A stretch of DNA of 27,145 nucleotides, taken from IMG/VR virus record IMGVR_UViG_3300044620_000978, positions 1 to 27,145 of that record; one strand, 5' to 3'. Positions 1 through 8,428 of the stretch are shown piece after piece. Both the position numbers and the translations under genes were made by a program. The notes beneath the pieces were generated by a model. It ran no database searches. It had not been told where the DNA came from and saw only the letters and a program-made list of their open reading frames with translations. This DNA comes from a virus. Lineage: Duplodnaviria; Caudoviricetes. Position 1 is the stretch's first letter, and each line of letters starts with the position of its first letter.

Positions 1-34
1 GGCGAATTTCGCACCACATTTCGCACCATCCCCA

Positions 35-1012
35 ATGAGCGTCCGTATTGCACACAGCGCAAATGACGCATACGACTACCACACAGAAATTGTCAAGTCA
101 GTTGTAAACCCTCTTCGCGGTGATATTGATGACAGGATTCGCTGCATCATCTCTGATGTAGAGGGAGCAAAAGAATCACCACAAAAACAACTAGAAATGG
201 TTGGTCAAGTATTTGAAGTTGAACAAACGATGCTCAACATGTCGCAAACAATCTTCGTATCAGAAGAAATAGTTGACGAAATTCTTGAAGCGGAAAAAAC
301 GCTCATTGACACAGTAATCATCGAACAAGACCTGTTCACACCAGCAGGTCTTATCGTTCTTGAAAAACCACTCAAGTATAAACTGCTAGTAGACGACAGA
401 AAATATATTGAAACATGGCTAATCACATCAATCTGCTACACCTCTCTAGACGAACAAATCAACATCAATATCTATGGAACCCTGGAGTCAATCCGAACCG
501 TAGCGGGAGAACTTGTCTACTCGGTAGACGATGACAAGAATGAGTACATCTACACCAAGGAAGTGAAATCAATTCCCCGTAGTCGCACATGCTTAGCAGA
601 CATAACGGTATTTGGATTTGGTGAAACAAAAATTGCATACGATGATGCACTACTACAAATCAAACGATTCCTCATTGCGTTCTTCCGACTCACATATGAA
701 TATTTAGAGCGTCACACAGAGGCACCTCCACGCACAGCACGGCGTAGAGCAGAACGAGAGAATCGTCCGCAAGACGGATACACCGTCTATATGAAGTTGC
801 GTAGAACGCTTTACGATGGCGATAATGGTGGAACGACCTCTTCTCCTGCATACGCTTTTCGTGTTCGTGGACATTGGAAACGGGCGTATCTTCGCTCGCG
901 AGGATTCCCCGTGGGAGACCCCCGTTCGTACCGTCATGTTTATGTGAAGGACTATATTAAAGGTCGCGGCGACTTTGTTGACTCAAAGCGTCTAGTGAAA
1001 GTTGAAAAATGA
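35..1012 (+). CDS. Phage hypothetical protein with basic C-terminal FRVRGHWK motif
   Basis: 325-aa ORF; the C-terminal VRGHW...HVYVKDYIKG segment resembles a motif common in phage hypotheticals. Confidence 0.85.
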   Translation: MSVRIAHSANDAYDYHTEIVKSVVNPLRGDIDDRIRCIISDVEGAKESPQKQLEMVGQVFEVEQTMLNMSQTIFVSEEIVDEILEAEKTLIDTVIIEQDLFTPAGLIVLEKPLKYKLLVDDRKYIETWLITSICYTSLDEQININIYGTLESIRTVAGELVYSVDDDKNEYIYTKEVKSIPRSRTCLADITVFGFGETKIAYDDALLQIKRFLIAFFRLTYEYLERHTEAPPRTARRRAERENRPQDGYTVYMKLRRTLYDGDNGGTTSSPAYAFRVRGHWKRAYLRSRGFPVGDPRSYRHVYVKDYIKGRGDFVDSKRLVKVEK

Positions 1013-1155
1013 CAGACCCCCAAACAGAGTTGCTTGTCGCTATTGATGTGTTCATTAGCGATATCGCAAAGCAAAGCATTATCGAAACGGCTGTCGTAAT
1101 TGACCATCTTTTGGATATCCGAAACCTGGCCGAAGTTAGAACAGTCCCTGTTTAA
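1009..1155 (+). CDS. Small hypothetical protein (48 aa, MTDPQTELLVAIDVFISDIAK...)
   Basis: ATGA overlap with the upstream stop; translated by hand; fills the gap. Confidence 0.7.
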   Translation: MTDPQTELLVAIDVFISDIAKQSIIETAVVIDHLLDIRNLAEVRTVPV

Positions 1156-1192
1156 ATAAATTTATCTGCCAAGGAAAGGCCGTTGTATATTT

Positions 1193-1843
1193 ATGAGGTG
1201 GATAGCCCTCTACACCCAAAAAATCGTTGCCCTCCACTCGCTAGCAAAGCACGCTGAAACCACCCCAGCAGCCCTGTGCGAGGCATACGCAGACGCAAAA
1301 ACACAAAACGGACTCCTCAAGGCTGACATCTTTAAAAGCGCCCTGACAGGTAACTACACAGCCAAACAAGTGCTCCACATCAACGAAGTGTGCAACCTCC
1401 CACACAACCGAGACAGCCGAACACAGTTGCAATACGCAACAGACCTCATTATCGGATGGCTCTCAGAAGACGCAATCCTCAAAATGATTCCAGACGCACA
1501 ACTCATCGGCGCAGACAAAACCCGCAACTTCCTCACAAAAGAAACAATCAGCCACACCGCCGACATCCAAACCCCCACCAAAACAATAGAACTCATCTTC
1601 GACTACACAAACCACTGGTCAAAAGCAGACAAACTAGACCTACGAGACAACAAACTTGACTACCTCAAACAAAACAACATCACACTATTAGGTGTAGCAC
1701 CACGCACAGGAAAAGCACTAGTCATCACAAACTACGACAACTTCACATACGGCGAAATCCCCGCATACAGCAAGTCAGGGTGGACACTCCAAAAAGTATC
1801 CCAACACCTAAAACCCATCAACGAAGCAATAAACGAAATCTGA
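1193..1843 (+). CDS. Hypothetical protein, possibly restriction-endonuclease-like fold
   Basis: 216-aa ORF; ADIQ...IELIFD is weakly PD-(D/E)XK-like (inference). Confidence 0.65.
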   Translation: MRWIALYTQKIVALHSLAKHAETTPAALCEAYADAKTQNGLLKADIFKSALTGNYTAKQVLHINEVCNLPHNRDSRTQLQYATDLIIGWLSEDAILKMIPDAQLIGADKTRNFLTKETISHTADIQTPTKTIELIFDYTNHWSKADKLDLRDNKLDYLKQNNITLLGVAPRTGKALVITNYDNFTYGEIPAYSKSGWTLQKVSQHLKPINEAINEI

Positions 1844-1916
1844 GCGCGAAGCGCCCAACGCAAAAATTGAAAAACGCGCCCAAATTCACGACCATCCACG
1901 ACTAGAAAAACACAAT

Positions 1917-2351
1917 ATGCGTGAATACGACATACAACCAAACTTCCTAAAAGACCTCGCACACGGCGAACAAGGCGAAGAAACAATCAAAACCTTCCTC
2001 ACAAACCTCGCCCAAGGCGCAATAGAAGTAAAAACAGACCGATACCGCAACGGCAGAATCGTCATAGAAACAAACCAAAAACCACCAGGACAAAACTGGA
2101 AACCCTCAGGCATCAATGTCACCACAGCCCAATGGTGGGTCTACCAATACCACCTAGACGGCGCATTCATCACCATCAAAACCGACAGACTCAAACGCTA
2201 CCTCAGAGCCAACAAACACAGATACAACGAACAAACCAAACAAACAATGGGAACAAACGGAGACAACCCCACAAAAGGGTGGCTACTCCAACCACACGAA
2301 GTACAAGACATGATGCTCAACGAGAAGTACGACACTCCCCAATCGGTTTAA
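1917..2351 (+). CDS. PD-(D/E)XK-like phage nuclease family protein
   Basis: DLAHGEQGEE...IEVKTD...IVIE...KPSGINVTTAQWW pattern. Confidence 0.7.
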   Translation: MREYDIQPNFLKDLAHGEQGEETIKTFLTNLAQGAIEVKTDRYRNGRIVIETNQKPPGQNWKPSGINVTTAQWWVYQYHLDGAFITIKTDRLKRYLRANKHRYNEQTKQTMGTNGDNPTKGWLLQPHEVQDMMLNEKYDTPQSV

Positions 2352-2533
2352 TTTAAATGAAGTCATCAGAGTTATAAAAATTTGTCACGCACCCGCCCAC
2401 ATATGACCGCCCTCGCCCCAAGGAAGCAGTCCCGCATATGAATACTCTGGCATAACTCGCACTATCAAAACTTCCAGCCCATTATTTTTTGACGAAATCG
2501 GTTTTTGCATGGGACTTTTTTTACGAGGTCGTC

Positions 2534-2585
2534 TTTTTTTAGGTCATGCTTTTAGAGTGTTCGTGTTTTTTTAGGTCATGCTTTT
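2534..2585 (+). repeat. 20-bp direct repeat TTTTTTTAGGTCATGCTTTT x2 (2534-2553, 2566-2585)
   Basis: Exact copies with 32-nt period in a T/G-rich non-coding stretch. Confidence 0.9.
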
Positions 2586-2654
2586 GTGTTGTTCGTTGTT
2601 TTTTGGCTGATGGTTTTGTGGTGTTTTTGTGAGTTTTGTTTTGCTACTTAGTTG

Positions 2655-2668
2655 CGAACATTTGTTCG
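2655..2668. promoter_or_regulatory. LexA (SOS) box CGAACATTTGTTCG
   Basis: Perfect CGAAC-N4-GTTCG Actinobacteria/Firmicutes LexA consensus. Confidence 0.75.
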
Positions 2669-2699
2669 TGTTGTTGTTGTGTTGTTAGTCGTGCCTAAG

Positions 2700-2713
2700 C
2701 GAACATGTGTTCG
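2700..2713. promoter_or_regulatory. LexA (SOS) box CGAACATGTGTTCG
   Basis: Perfect consensus, just upstream of TTGTGT-N17-TAGTAT (2716-2744). Confidence 0.75.
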
Positions 2714-2772
2714 TGTTGTGTTCTGTATTACTAGTGTGTAGTATGTGTGTATGAAAGAAAGAAGGTATGACT

Positions 2773-2952
2773 ATGGATAACCATGTCACAGAACTGCATA
2801 CAGCGTGGGCTCATTCGATGCTGATTGATACTGATGGAAAGGTATTGACTCATGATGATGTTGCTCTCCTTGTTGCTAATCTCCTCGCTGATAGAGAGGC
2901 ATTGAGGAATGACTTGCTTGACTCTGAGGACTCACGGGTAGCACACGGGTAG
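2773..2952 (+). CDS. Hypothetical protein (start 2773 or 2767)
   Basis: AAGAAGG SD upstream; downstream of the LexA-boxed promoter. Confidence 0.6.
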   Translation: MDNHVTELHTAWAHSMLIDTDGKVLTHDDVALLVANLLADREALRNDLLDSEDSRVAHG

Positions 2953-2955
2953 TAC

Positions 2956-2984
2956 TTGACACTCATACACATAGTGTGTAAGAT
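2956..2984 (+). promoter_or_regulatory. Sigma-A-type promoter TTGACA-N17-TAAGAT
   Basis: Consensus hexamers; degenerate spacer box TCATACACAT; CCTACTAGACAAGGA leader at 3008. Confidence 0.75.
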
Positions 2985-3027
2985 ACTTTCATCACGCTAG
3001 TGATAGACCTACTAGACAAGGAACACA

Positions 3028-3132
3028 ATGACCATTGCTGAACTCATAGCAGAACTACAACAGCACGACCCTAGTGACAGAGTGGCATACGCTTATGTCA
3101 CTTACAAGAAGCGCAAGAAGAAGCGCACATAG
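3028..3132 (+). CDS. Small basic protein (34 aa, MTIAELIAELQQHDP...KKRKKKRT)
   Basis: Own promoter, conserved leader plus SD, and terminator. Confidence 0.7.
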   Translation: MTIAELIAELQQHDPSDRVAYAYVTYKKRKKKRT

Positions 3133-3160
3133 CCTACGGGTAGCCTACGGGTACATAGAT

Positions 3161-3195
3161 AGAGGGGGAGTAGCAATGCTCCCTCTTTTTCTTTT
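3161..3195 (+). terminator. Intrinsic terminator
   Basis: AGAGGGGGAG...CTCCCTCT hairpin followed by a T tract. Confidence 0.7.
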
Positions 3196-3204
3196 CCTAA
3201 TGAC

Positions 3205-3233
3205 TTGACAGTGATACACCCATAGTGTAATAT
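3205..3233 (+). promoter_or_regulatory. Box promoter TTGACA-g-TGATACACCC-N6-TAATAT
   Basis: ATG 7 nt after the -10 (leaderless). Confidence 0.8.
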
Positions 3234-3240
3234 CTAATAC

Positions 3241-3483
3241 ATGAAGGAAACATACCTACATAGCGACATGACACTACGGGAAACAATCGCCCACCTAGTC
3301 GCAACAGAACGAGAAGCACGAAGCAGGTTTCGTTGGGGGTCACCATGTCGCCTCATCCGCACAATAGACATCCTCGTACACATCGTGCTACCTGAACTCA
3401 TAGAGGACATAGCACCACAGGTGACTAGATACCTCAGAAGCACAAGCCCACGATGGGGCAGGTCATGGAGAGAGTGGGACTAA
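3241..3483 (+). CDS. Hypothetical protein, leaderless
   Basis: 80-aa ORF starting at the predicted +1. Confidence 0.65.
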   Translation: MKETYLHSDMTLRETIAHLVATEREARSRFRWGSPCRLIRTIDILVHIVLPELIEDIAPQVTRYLRSTSPRWGRSWREWD

Positions 3484-3698
3484 CCCACCCGCCACTTGCG
3501 GGCGTTGTACGCATGAATAACAATGTACGCAACAGCACCAAAAATAAACCCATACTGCCTAGTCACTAGCGCATACCCAATCCAAAGGCACTCATTCAGA
3601 GCAGTGATTCCCCACGCCCACCAATACCTGCGCCCAACCAGCAGAAGCCCCGTCACACCAATACATGACAGCACCCACGACCAGAGTTGCTCACTCAT
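3480..3698 (-). CDS. PnuC-like (nicotinamide riboside transporter-like) membrane protein
   Basis: Three hydrophobic helices with WSWVLS..GLLLVGRR.WWAW..NE.LW pattern typical of phage PnuC-like proteins. Confidence 0.7.
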   Translation of the reverse strand: MSEQLWSWVLSCIGVTGLLLVGRRYWWAWGITALNECLWIGYALVTRQYGFIFGAVAYIVIHAYNARKWRVG

Positions 3699-3774
3699 CA
3701 CGAGTAAACGACAACAGAATGATTAGCCCTGCCATCAGAGGGATAGCAAAGTACAGACGGACAAGCCAAATCAT
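3691..3774 (-). CDS. Small membrane protein (27 aa, MIWLVRLYFAIPLMAGLIILLSFTRDE)
   Basis: ATGA-coupled to the MazG stop and overlapping the next start. Confidence 0.6.
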   Translation of the reverse strand: MIWLVRLYFAIPLMAGLIILLSFTRDE

Positions 3775-4118
3775 CGGGTATCGCCGTCACCGCCAATGAC
3801 CCCACGGGTATCACGGTCACCAAGTTTATCCAAGTTCATCACAGCCACATCGGAGAGGTCAGTCTCAAGTTCGGTAGCGACCATAGCCACATACCAAAGC
3901 ACATCACCCAACTCAGCCAGTAGCACAGCCTTTCGCTCAGGGGAGATAACGCCACCCTCGTCACGGATAGCCTTCTTCAGTTTCCCAGCAACCTCGCCAG
4001 CCTCAGAAGCCATACCGAGGACTGTGTAGACAAGTCCTGACTCCTTCGGGTACTTAGCAGTCGTGGAGGCAAACATTTGGTAATCGTCAATATTCATGGG
4101 CGTTACCCTATCACTCAC
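3771..4118 (-). CDS. mazG: MazG-like nucleotide pyrophosphohydrolase
   Basis: LGMASEAGEVAGKLKK...ELGDVLWYVA...NLDKL motifs. Confidence 0.9.
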   Translation of the reverse strand: MSDRVTPMNIDDYQMFASTTAKYPKESGLVYTVLGMASEAGEVAGKLKKAIRDEGGVISPERKAVLLAELGDVLWYVAMVATELETDLSDVAVMNLDKLGDRDTRGVIGGDGDTR

Positions 4119-4365
4119 TCACCCACTGCCATGACCCATCCTGATTCAGAATCATGTACTGAGGAGCGACACACTTAGTCACATCCACGGGTGCATCAGA
4201 CTCCCAGCGAGCAGGTGAAGCGGAGACGATACGGATATCGCATAGTGGGGTGTCGTCACCGAAGTGACTGACGAATCCGAGAAGTAGACCTAGTGCTAAG
4301 CCTCCCCACACGGTTGTGCGAACGAGGCTACGGATGGTGTAGTAGATAGGGGCGTGTTTCTTCAT
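4111..4365 (-). CDS. Membrane-anchored hypothetical protein, leaderless (MKKHAPIY...)
   Basis: Start reassigned to ATG 4365, just downstream of the promoter; one TM segment. Confidence 0.7.
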   Translation of the reverse strand: MKKHAPIYYTIRSLVRTTVWGGLALGLLLGFVSHFGDDTPLCDIRIVSASPARWESDAPVDVTKCVAPQYMILNQDGSWQWVSE

Positions 4366-4372
4366 GTGGATA

Positions 4373-4401
4373 AGTATTACACACGGGTGTATCCATGTCA
4401 A
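4373..4401 (-). promoter_or_regulatory. Box promoter TTGACA-t-GGATACACCC...TAATACT
   Basis: Variant box at 4385-4394. Confidence 0.7.
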
Positions 4402-4404
4402 GGA

Positions 4405-5025
4405 TTATCGGTAATTGACCTCAAAGCCCAAGTCATTCAGCCCCTTAGCCAACAACTCACGAAGCAGTTCGCCGTTGTAGCCCATCTCCTCATGGTCAAT
4501 CTCAATAGACAACGCACGATGCAGAGACAACGGGTATCTCCCATCACGGAGGACAGTCGCCCCCTTATGTTGCAACGGGTCAGAGTAAAGCACCTTACGG
4601 GGAGGCTCATACTTGTATGGAACCACCACAAACAGCAACTCCTCTTCCTCCACATGGGTGAAGGCAAGACACTCACGCACAAAGTCGCAAGACGGGGAAG
4701 CAAACAACTGAGCCATGTCATTCCCCCGACTCTCCTCAGGATTCGTGGAACAGAAGCCCTCAGCAACCATCGTGAAAGCAGTCGCATCCCAACCTTGACG
4801 GAGGATGCAAGCCGCCTGAACCATCAGCCCATACCGCTCATCATGGTCAGCCATCAGAAGCCCCGACAACTGAGCAACAGCAACCAGTTCGTCGTCGCAC
4901 CAAGCCATCAGGCTGAACGACAAATCCTCACCGATTCCCTCTTGTTGGACGATGAGCGACTTTGCTATTTTAGAACTCTCGACAGCGAGTGCAACCTTGT
5001 CAAGTGTTTCGGGGTAGAAATCCAT
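4405..5025 (-). CDS. Hypothetical protein (MDFYPETLDK...)
   Basis: The N-terminal extension in the ORF track is the antisense shadow of the histone-like gene; ATG 5025 preferred. Confidence 0.75.
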   Translation of the reverse strand: MDFYPETLDKVALAVESSKIAKSLIVQQEGIGEDLSFSLMAWCDDELVAVAQLSGLLMADHDERYGLMVQAACILRQGWDATAFTMVAEGFCSTNPEESRGNDMAQLFASPSCDFVRECLAFTHVEEEELLFVVVPYKYEPPRKVLYSDPLQHKGATVLRDGRYPLSLHRALSIEIDHEEMGYNGELLRELLAKGLNDLGFEVNYR

Positions 5026-5100
5026 GAAACTGTACGCTACTAGAGAAATAACTGCTGATAGTGTAGAAATCTCAAGAAACATCGGACTAAGGTGAGACTC

Positions 5101-5457
5101 ATGGCAACAAAAAAACAACCAGCAAAGAAAACAGCAGCGAAGAAGCAGGTCGCAAAAAAGACAACTGCTAAGAAGTCTGCGCCCAAGAAGAAGGCTGCGC
5201 CGAAGAAGAAGCCAGCAACCAAGGGTGAAACAACCAAGAAGTTGAAGACAAGTCCCGACACCAGCGCAACACTTGTTGATGCAGTGGTAGAGGCAGTCAT
5301 CACAACTCCTGAAATCCAAGAGAAGATTGAGTTCGTTGAGGACAAGATTGAAGAAGCCAAGGACATCGCTGAAGAAGTTTCATCACTCATTCGCATGAAC
5401 GATGTGAAAACCGCACGCATCCGCAAGAAGATGCTCGCTTGGTTCCGCAAGAAATAG
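5101..5457 (+). CDS. Histone H1-like Lys/Ala-rich DNA-binding protein
   Basis: PAKK/TAAKK/APKKK repeats; TAAGGT -10 lies 7 nt upstream of the ATG (leaderless). Confidence 0.8.
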   Translation: MATKKQPAKKTAAKKQVAKKTTAKKSAPKKKAAPKKKPATKGETTKKLKTSPDTSATLVDAVVEAVITTPEIQEKIEFVEDKIEEAKDIAEEVSSLIRMNDVKTARIRKKMLAWFRKK

Positions 5458-5467
5458 CGGAGTTGTT

Positions 5468-6274
5468 CTAGAAGTCTGCGTGAGACTCTAGAAAATCAAT
5501 CAGTTTAGATGGTGTGGTGTCGCCAGCGATACCCGCATCGGAACGCAACCAGCGAAGAAAGTCGTACCAACGGCGTTGCTGTTCAGGCGAATCAAACACA
5601 AGTGAGTACTGAACGACCGCTTTGGACGAACCGCTCATCCCACCAGATGTAGACCCCTGAGTCACGAGTGATTTCGTGTCAGAGTCTTTCGGAGCCTCAA
5701 GACGAACCTCGCCCTCGGAGTCCCGCGTTGTAATAGGAGCAGAGTTTGACTGCGAAGGAAGCGATGGCGGACGCACGGGTGCTTCGTCATCCAGGAGTTG
5801 AATGATTGGCTGCTCGTAAACTCCAGGTGTTGCAAGTGCGCTTGTTTCAGTGGACAAATCGAGCATTGCTAACTCAAACTCGTCCCATTGCAACTCTTCC
5901 AGCAGGTCGCCGTAGTCATCAATGATTGTTCCGAGTGCGTCAGCAAGCAGTGAGTCATCAGTGTGACCCAACTCGTTTGTGCGGTTATCAGCGATTGCGA
6001 AAGCCATTGCACGGGCATCATCAACATCCATTGGAACAACAGCGATGTGTGACCAACCAAGTCGTTGAGCCGCTTGGAACTGGTGGTTTCCTGCAATAAC
6101 AGTCATTGTCCCATCATCGTTCGGGCGAACAACGATTGGTTTAACTTGTCCAAACTCGTCGTAGGAGGCGCAGATGGCATCAATGTTGCCGATACGGGGA
6201 TTGCCGACCAGAGTGCGAAGACTATCTAGCGGGGCTGCTAGATGCTCAATGGATGAATGGATTTTGTGACTCAT
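5468..6274 (-). CDS. ParB/Srx N-terminal domain protein
   Basis: NPR.G...FGQVKPIVV...VIAGNHQFQAA..LGW...IADNRT motifs. Confidence 0.85.
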   Translation of the reverse strand: MSHKIHSSIEHLAAPLDSLRTLVGNPRIGNIDAICASYDEFGQVKPIVVRPNDDGTMTVIAGNHQFQAAQRLGWSHIAVVPMDVDDARAMAFAIADNRTNELGHTDDSLLADALGTIIDDYGDLLEELQWDEFELAMLDLSTETSALATPGVYEQPIIQLLDDEAPVRPPSLPSQSNSAPITTRDSEGEVRLEAPKDSDTKSLVTQGSTSGGMSGSSKAVVQYSLVFDSPEQQRRWYDFLRWLRSDAGIAGDTTPSKLIDFLESHADF

Positions 6275-6624
6275 TAGTGGTGTCCAATCTGGGTTCTGAC
6301 ATTCGCATTCAGTGTGCGGAGTGCATCAATGGATGTACGCAAAGAGATTAGTTTCTCTCGCTTTGCTTTCACGAGTGCTTCTGAAATTTTGTAGTCATAC
6401 GACTCATCTGATAGTTTGTAGTCAGCCCATGCTTCTCGCTCACGGATAGACCCCTTAGCAGATAGGTACTCCTTAGCCCAGTTTGACTTGTACAAGGCTT
6501 CCTTCTTGGCTGAGTCCTCTGCGAGTTGCTCAAACGCTTCAGTGTGTTCTTCTAACAGTTCCATCAGTCGCATAATCTCTGATTCGACTTCCACCTGTGA
6601 GATGGGTGCATTTCTTTTATTCAC
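6274..6624 (-). CDS. Coiled-coil hypothetical protein (possibly recombination-mediator-like)
   Basis: GTG start, coupled operon, helical heptads; function is inference. Confidence 0.75.
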   Translation of the reverse strand: MNKRNAPISQVEVESEIMRLMELLEEHTEAFEQLAEDSAKKEALYKSNWAKEYLSAKGSIREREAWADYKLSDESYDYKISEALVKAKREKLISLRTSIDALRTLNANVRTQIGHH

Positions 6625-6626
6625 GG

Positions 6627-7139
6627 CTATCTTTCTAGCGCAGACCAGTCCACTTTGTCAAGTGCTGTGATTTGTTCTTTTGTCCATGTGAACTCAGTAA
6701 AACCAAGTTTAGTAAGAGCCATCTGCTCCAAAACCCAAGCGTCACATTCATCATTCCCGCCAGCACCAGCAAAGATGCGTCCAGTCTTGGCGGAGATTGC
6801 AGAAATAACTTCACCTTTTGATGCGTTTCCTCGGCCCGTCGCAAACTTAGCGCGTGAAGTTGGCGGGACTTCTACGAACGGGATACCCATGTCAAACAGC
6901 AGCACACGAACAACTCCTCCGAGTTCACCGATGCTGTGAGCCTGAGAGTTTCTGGACCCAAACGAGTAACCTTCGATGACCGCATGGGTAACTTGACAAT
7001 CCAAAAAGATTTCAGTAAACTGACTTCGTAAATCAGCAAGCCGTTCCACGCCCTTCTTTTTAGAAGAAACGACACGGGTAGAACCAGCAACAGACACACC
7101 TGAAGATGTTAGGGACAAATCAAGCCCAACGAGTTTCAT
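6627..7139 (-). CDS. ruvC: RuvC-like Holliday junction resolvase
   Basis: VGLDLSLTSSG, VIEGY, GELGG, KFATGRGNASK, NDECDA motifs. Confidence 0.9.
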   Translation of the reverse strand: MKLVGLDLSLTSSGVSVAGSTRVVSSKKKGVERLADLRSQFTEIFLDCQVTHAVIEGYSFGSRNSQAHSIGELGGVVRVLLFDMGIPFVEVPPTSRAKFATGRGNASKGEVISAISAKTGRIFAGAGGNDECDAWVLEQMALTKLGFTEFTWTKEQITALDKVDWSALER

Positions 7140-7441
7140 TATTCGTCCCATGCGTGCTTGGCTAAACCTAAATCAAACGCAAGTTGCGGGTAGTTCCCGA
7201 TACGGCGATGACAGTCTCGGCATACACACATAAGATTGTCCTCATCTAAGATAGACCCTCCCTGTGAACGACGCACAAGTTCGTGGACATCGACAGAGAG
7301 ATTACGCACATAGGTTATAAGACCATCGTGCTCAGCAAAAATTAGGCAAGCCTCGCAATAGGGGCGTTGAGCCAGAAGACGAGCGACAAGCGGACGACGA
7401 AGTTTGTACTCCGCATCCTTCTTCTTAGAGCGATGCTTCAT
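7139..7441 (-). CDS. HNH endonuclease
   Basis: CEAC...DVHE...GG....NLMCVCRDCH. Confidence 0.85.
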   Translation of the reverse strand: MKHRSKKKDAEYKLRRPLVARLLAQRPYCEACLIFAEHDGLITYVRNLSVDVHELVRRSQGGSILDEDNLMCVCRDCHRRIGNYPQLAFDLGLAKHAWDE

Positions 7442-7800
7442 CCGCCTCGTTCAGCGCGGGGCTTCTTCTTGTCGTGAATCCACTTCTCGCCGCACTGCAA
7501 GCAGGTTGTAGCCCACGGGTAGAAACGCTTCATGTTTGATGGATGCGGGCAGTCAAGAACATCTTTGACAGCAAGGTTTACTGCATCTCGAATAAACTCA
7601 GCCATAGAAATGCCACGCTTCTCGGCGGCTGCTTTCCAACGCATGTGGTCCAACTCTGTTGCACGCAAAAGTACCTGCTTACCAGCAGTTTCTCCCTCGG
7701 ATGCACCAGTCTTTGGCTTGCGGGTAGGACGAATGCTTTTCGCAACATCGTCCATTGCCATCTCCAAGTTGTCTTCTTCTACGAAATCTTCGTCATTCAT
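7438..7800 (-). CDS. Ribbon-helix-helix DNA-binding protein with C-terminal Zn ribbon
   Basis: QVLLR....RWKAAAEKRGISMAEFIRDAV plus CPH...CLQCG. Confidence 0.75.
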   Translation of the reverse strand: MNDEDFVEEDNLEMAMDDVAKSIRPTRKPKTGASEGETAGKQVLLRATELDHMRWKAAAEKRGISMAEFIRDAVNLAVKDVLDCPHPSNMKRFYPWATTCLQCGEKWIHDKKKPRAERGG

Positions 7801-8428
7801 CTGGTTCTACCACCTCTGCGTCTACGATGTCTGACTCTACCCCAGTTTTGTCCAGTTGCGGCGCAGTCCCGAGAAGTTGATTGATTGTTGCTGGCGGCAG
7901 CACACCAGAGTTGCCCATGATTTCCAGCAACTTCTTGACTTCTTCTTCTGGATTAAACGCATTAGCAGCGATTGCTTTATTGTTTGAGCCAGCCAATGTT
8001 GCACGAATCGGCTCATCAGCGCCAGCAACATCCATCTGAACATTGATGTTGGTCTGCTCCATACCCAGCAACTTGGAGCGCCTGTCCATGATTGACAATG
8101 CGGTTTGCACAGCCTTCATGTCAGGTTCCACAGTTACCTCAGTCCCATCGTCCATCCGCACTTTACGATGCTGCGTCAGAGGCCAAATTGATTGCTGAAG
8201 CGCATCAAGGCGTTCGAGTTCCATGCGAAGAACTTCTGGATACGCCATCAATGCTTCTGAGTTCATACGCTGCAGTTGGCGACGCACGGCGGTTCCAACA
8301 GCGGCGGTTGTCATCCCGAAACGACGGGCGATTTCATTGTTCGGGACTCCCGCCTGTCGCATCTTAAAGATACGCAGGTCTCGGTCAGCGAGGAACTCTC
8401 GCGTTAGCCCTTGGTTTGAGTTGCTCAT
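7793..8428 (-). CDS. HTH DNA-binding protein (possible terminase small subunit-like)
   Basis: N-terminal HTH (GVPNNEIARRFGMT) plus ELERLD...IMDRRSKLLG motif. Confidence 0.75.
   Translation of the reverse strand: MSNSNQGLTREFLADRDLRIFKMRQAGVPNNEIARRFGMTTAAVGTAVRRQLQRMNSEALMAYPEVLRMELERLDALQQSIWPLTQHRKVRMDDGTEVTVEPDMKAVQTALSIMDRRSKLLGMEQTNINVQMDVAGADEPIRATLAGSNNKAIAANAFNPEEEVKKLLEIMGNSGVLPPATINQLLGTAPQLDKTGVESDIVDAEVVEPDE

Noticed and set aside
6-28. ATTTCGCACCA direct repeat x2
   Set aside because: Real, but at the window edge with no context or further copies seen
1390-2356. Alternative-frame P/Q/R/N-rich ORFs
   Set aside because: By-products of the A/C skew, which depletes stop codons
4354-5450. 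Long ORFs 4354..5043 (+), 5040..5450 (-) and the N-terminal extension of 4405..5319
   Set aside because: Antisense shadows of better-supported genes
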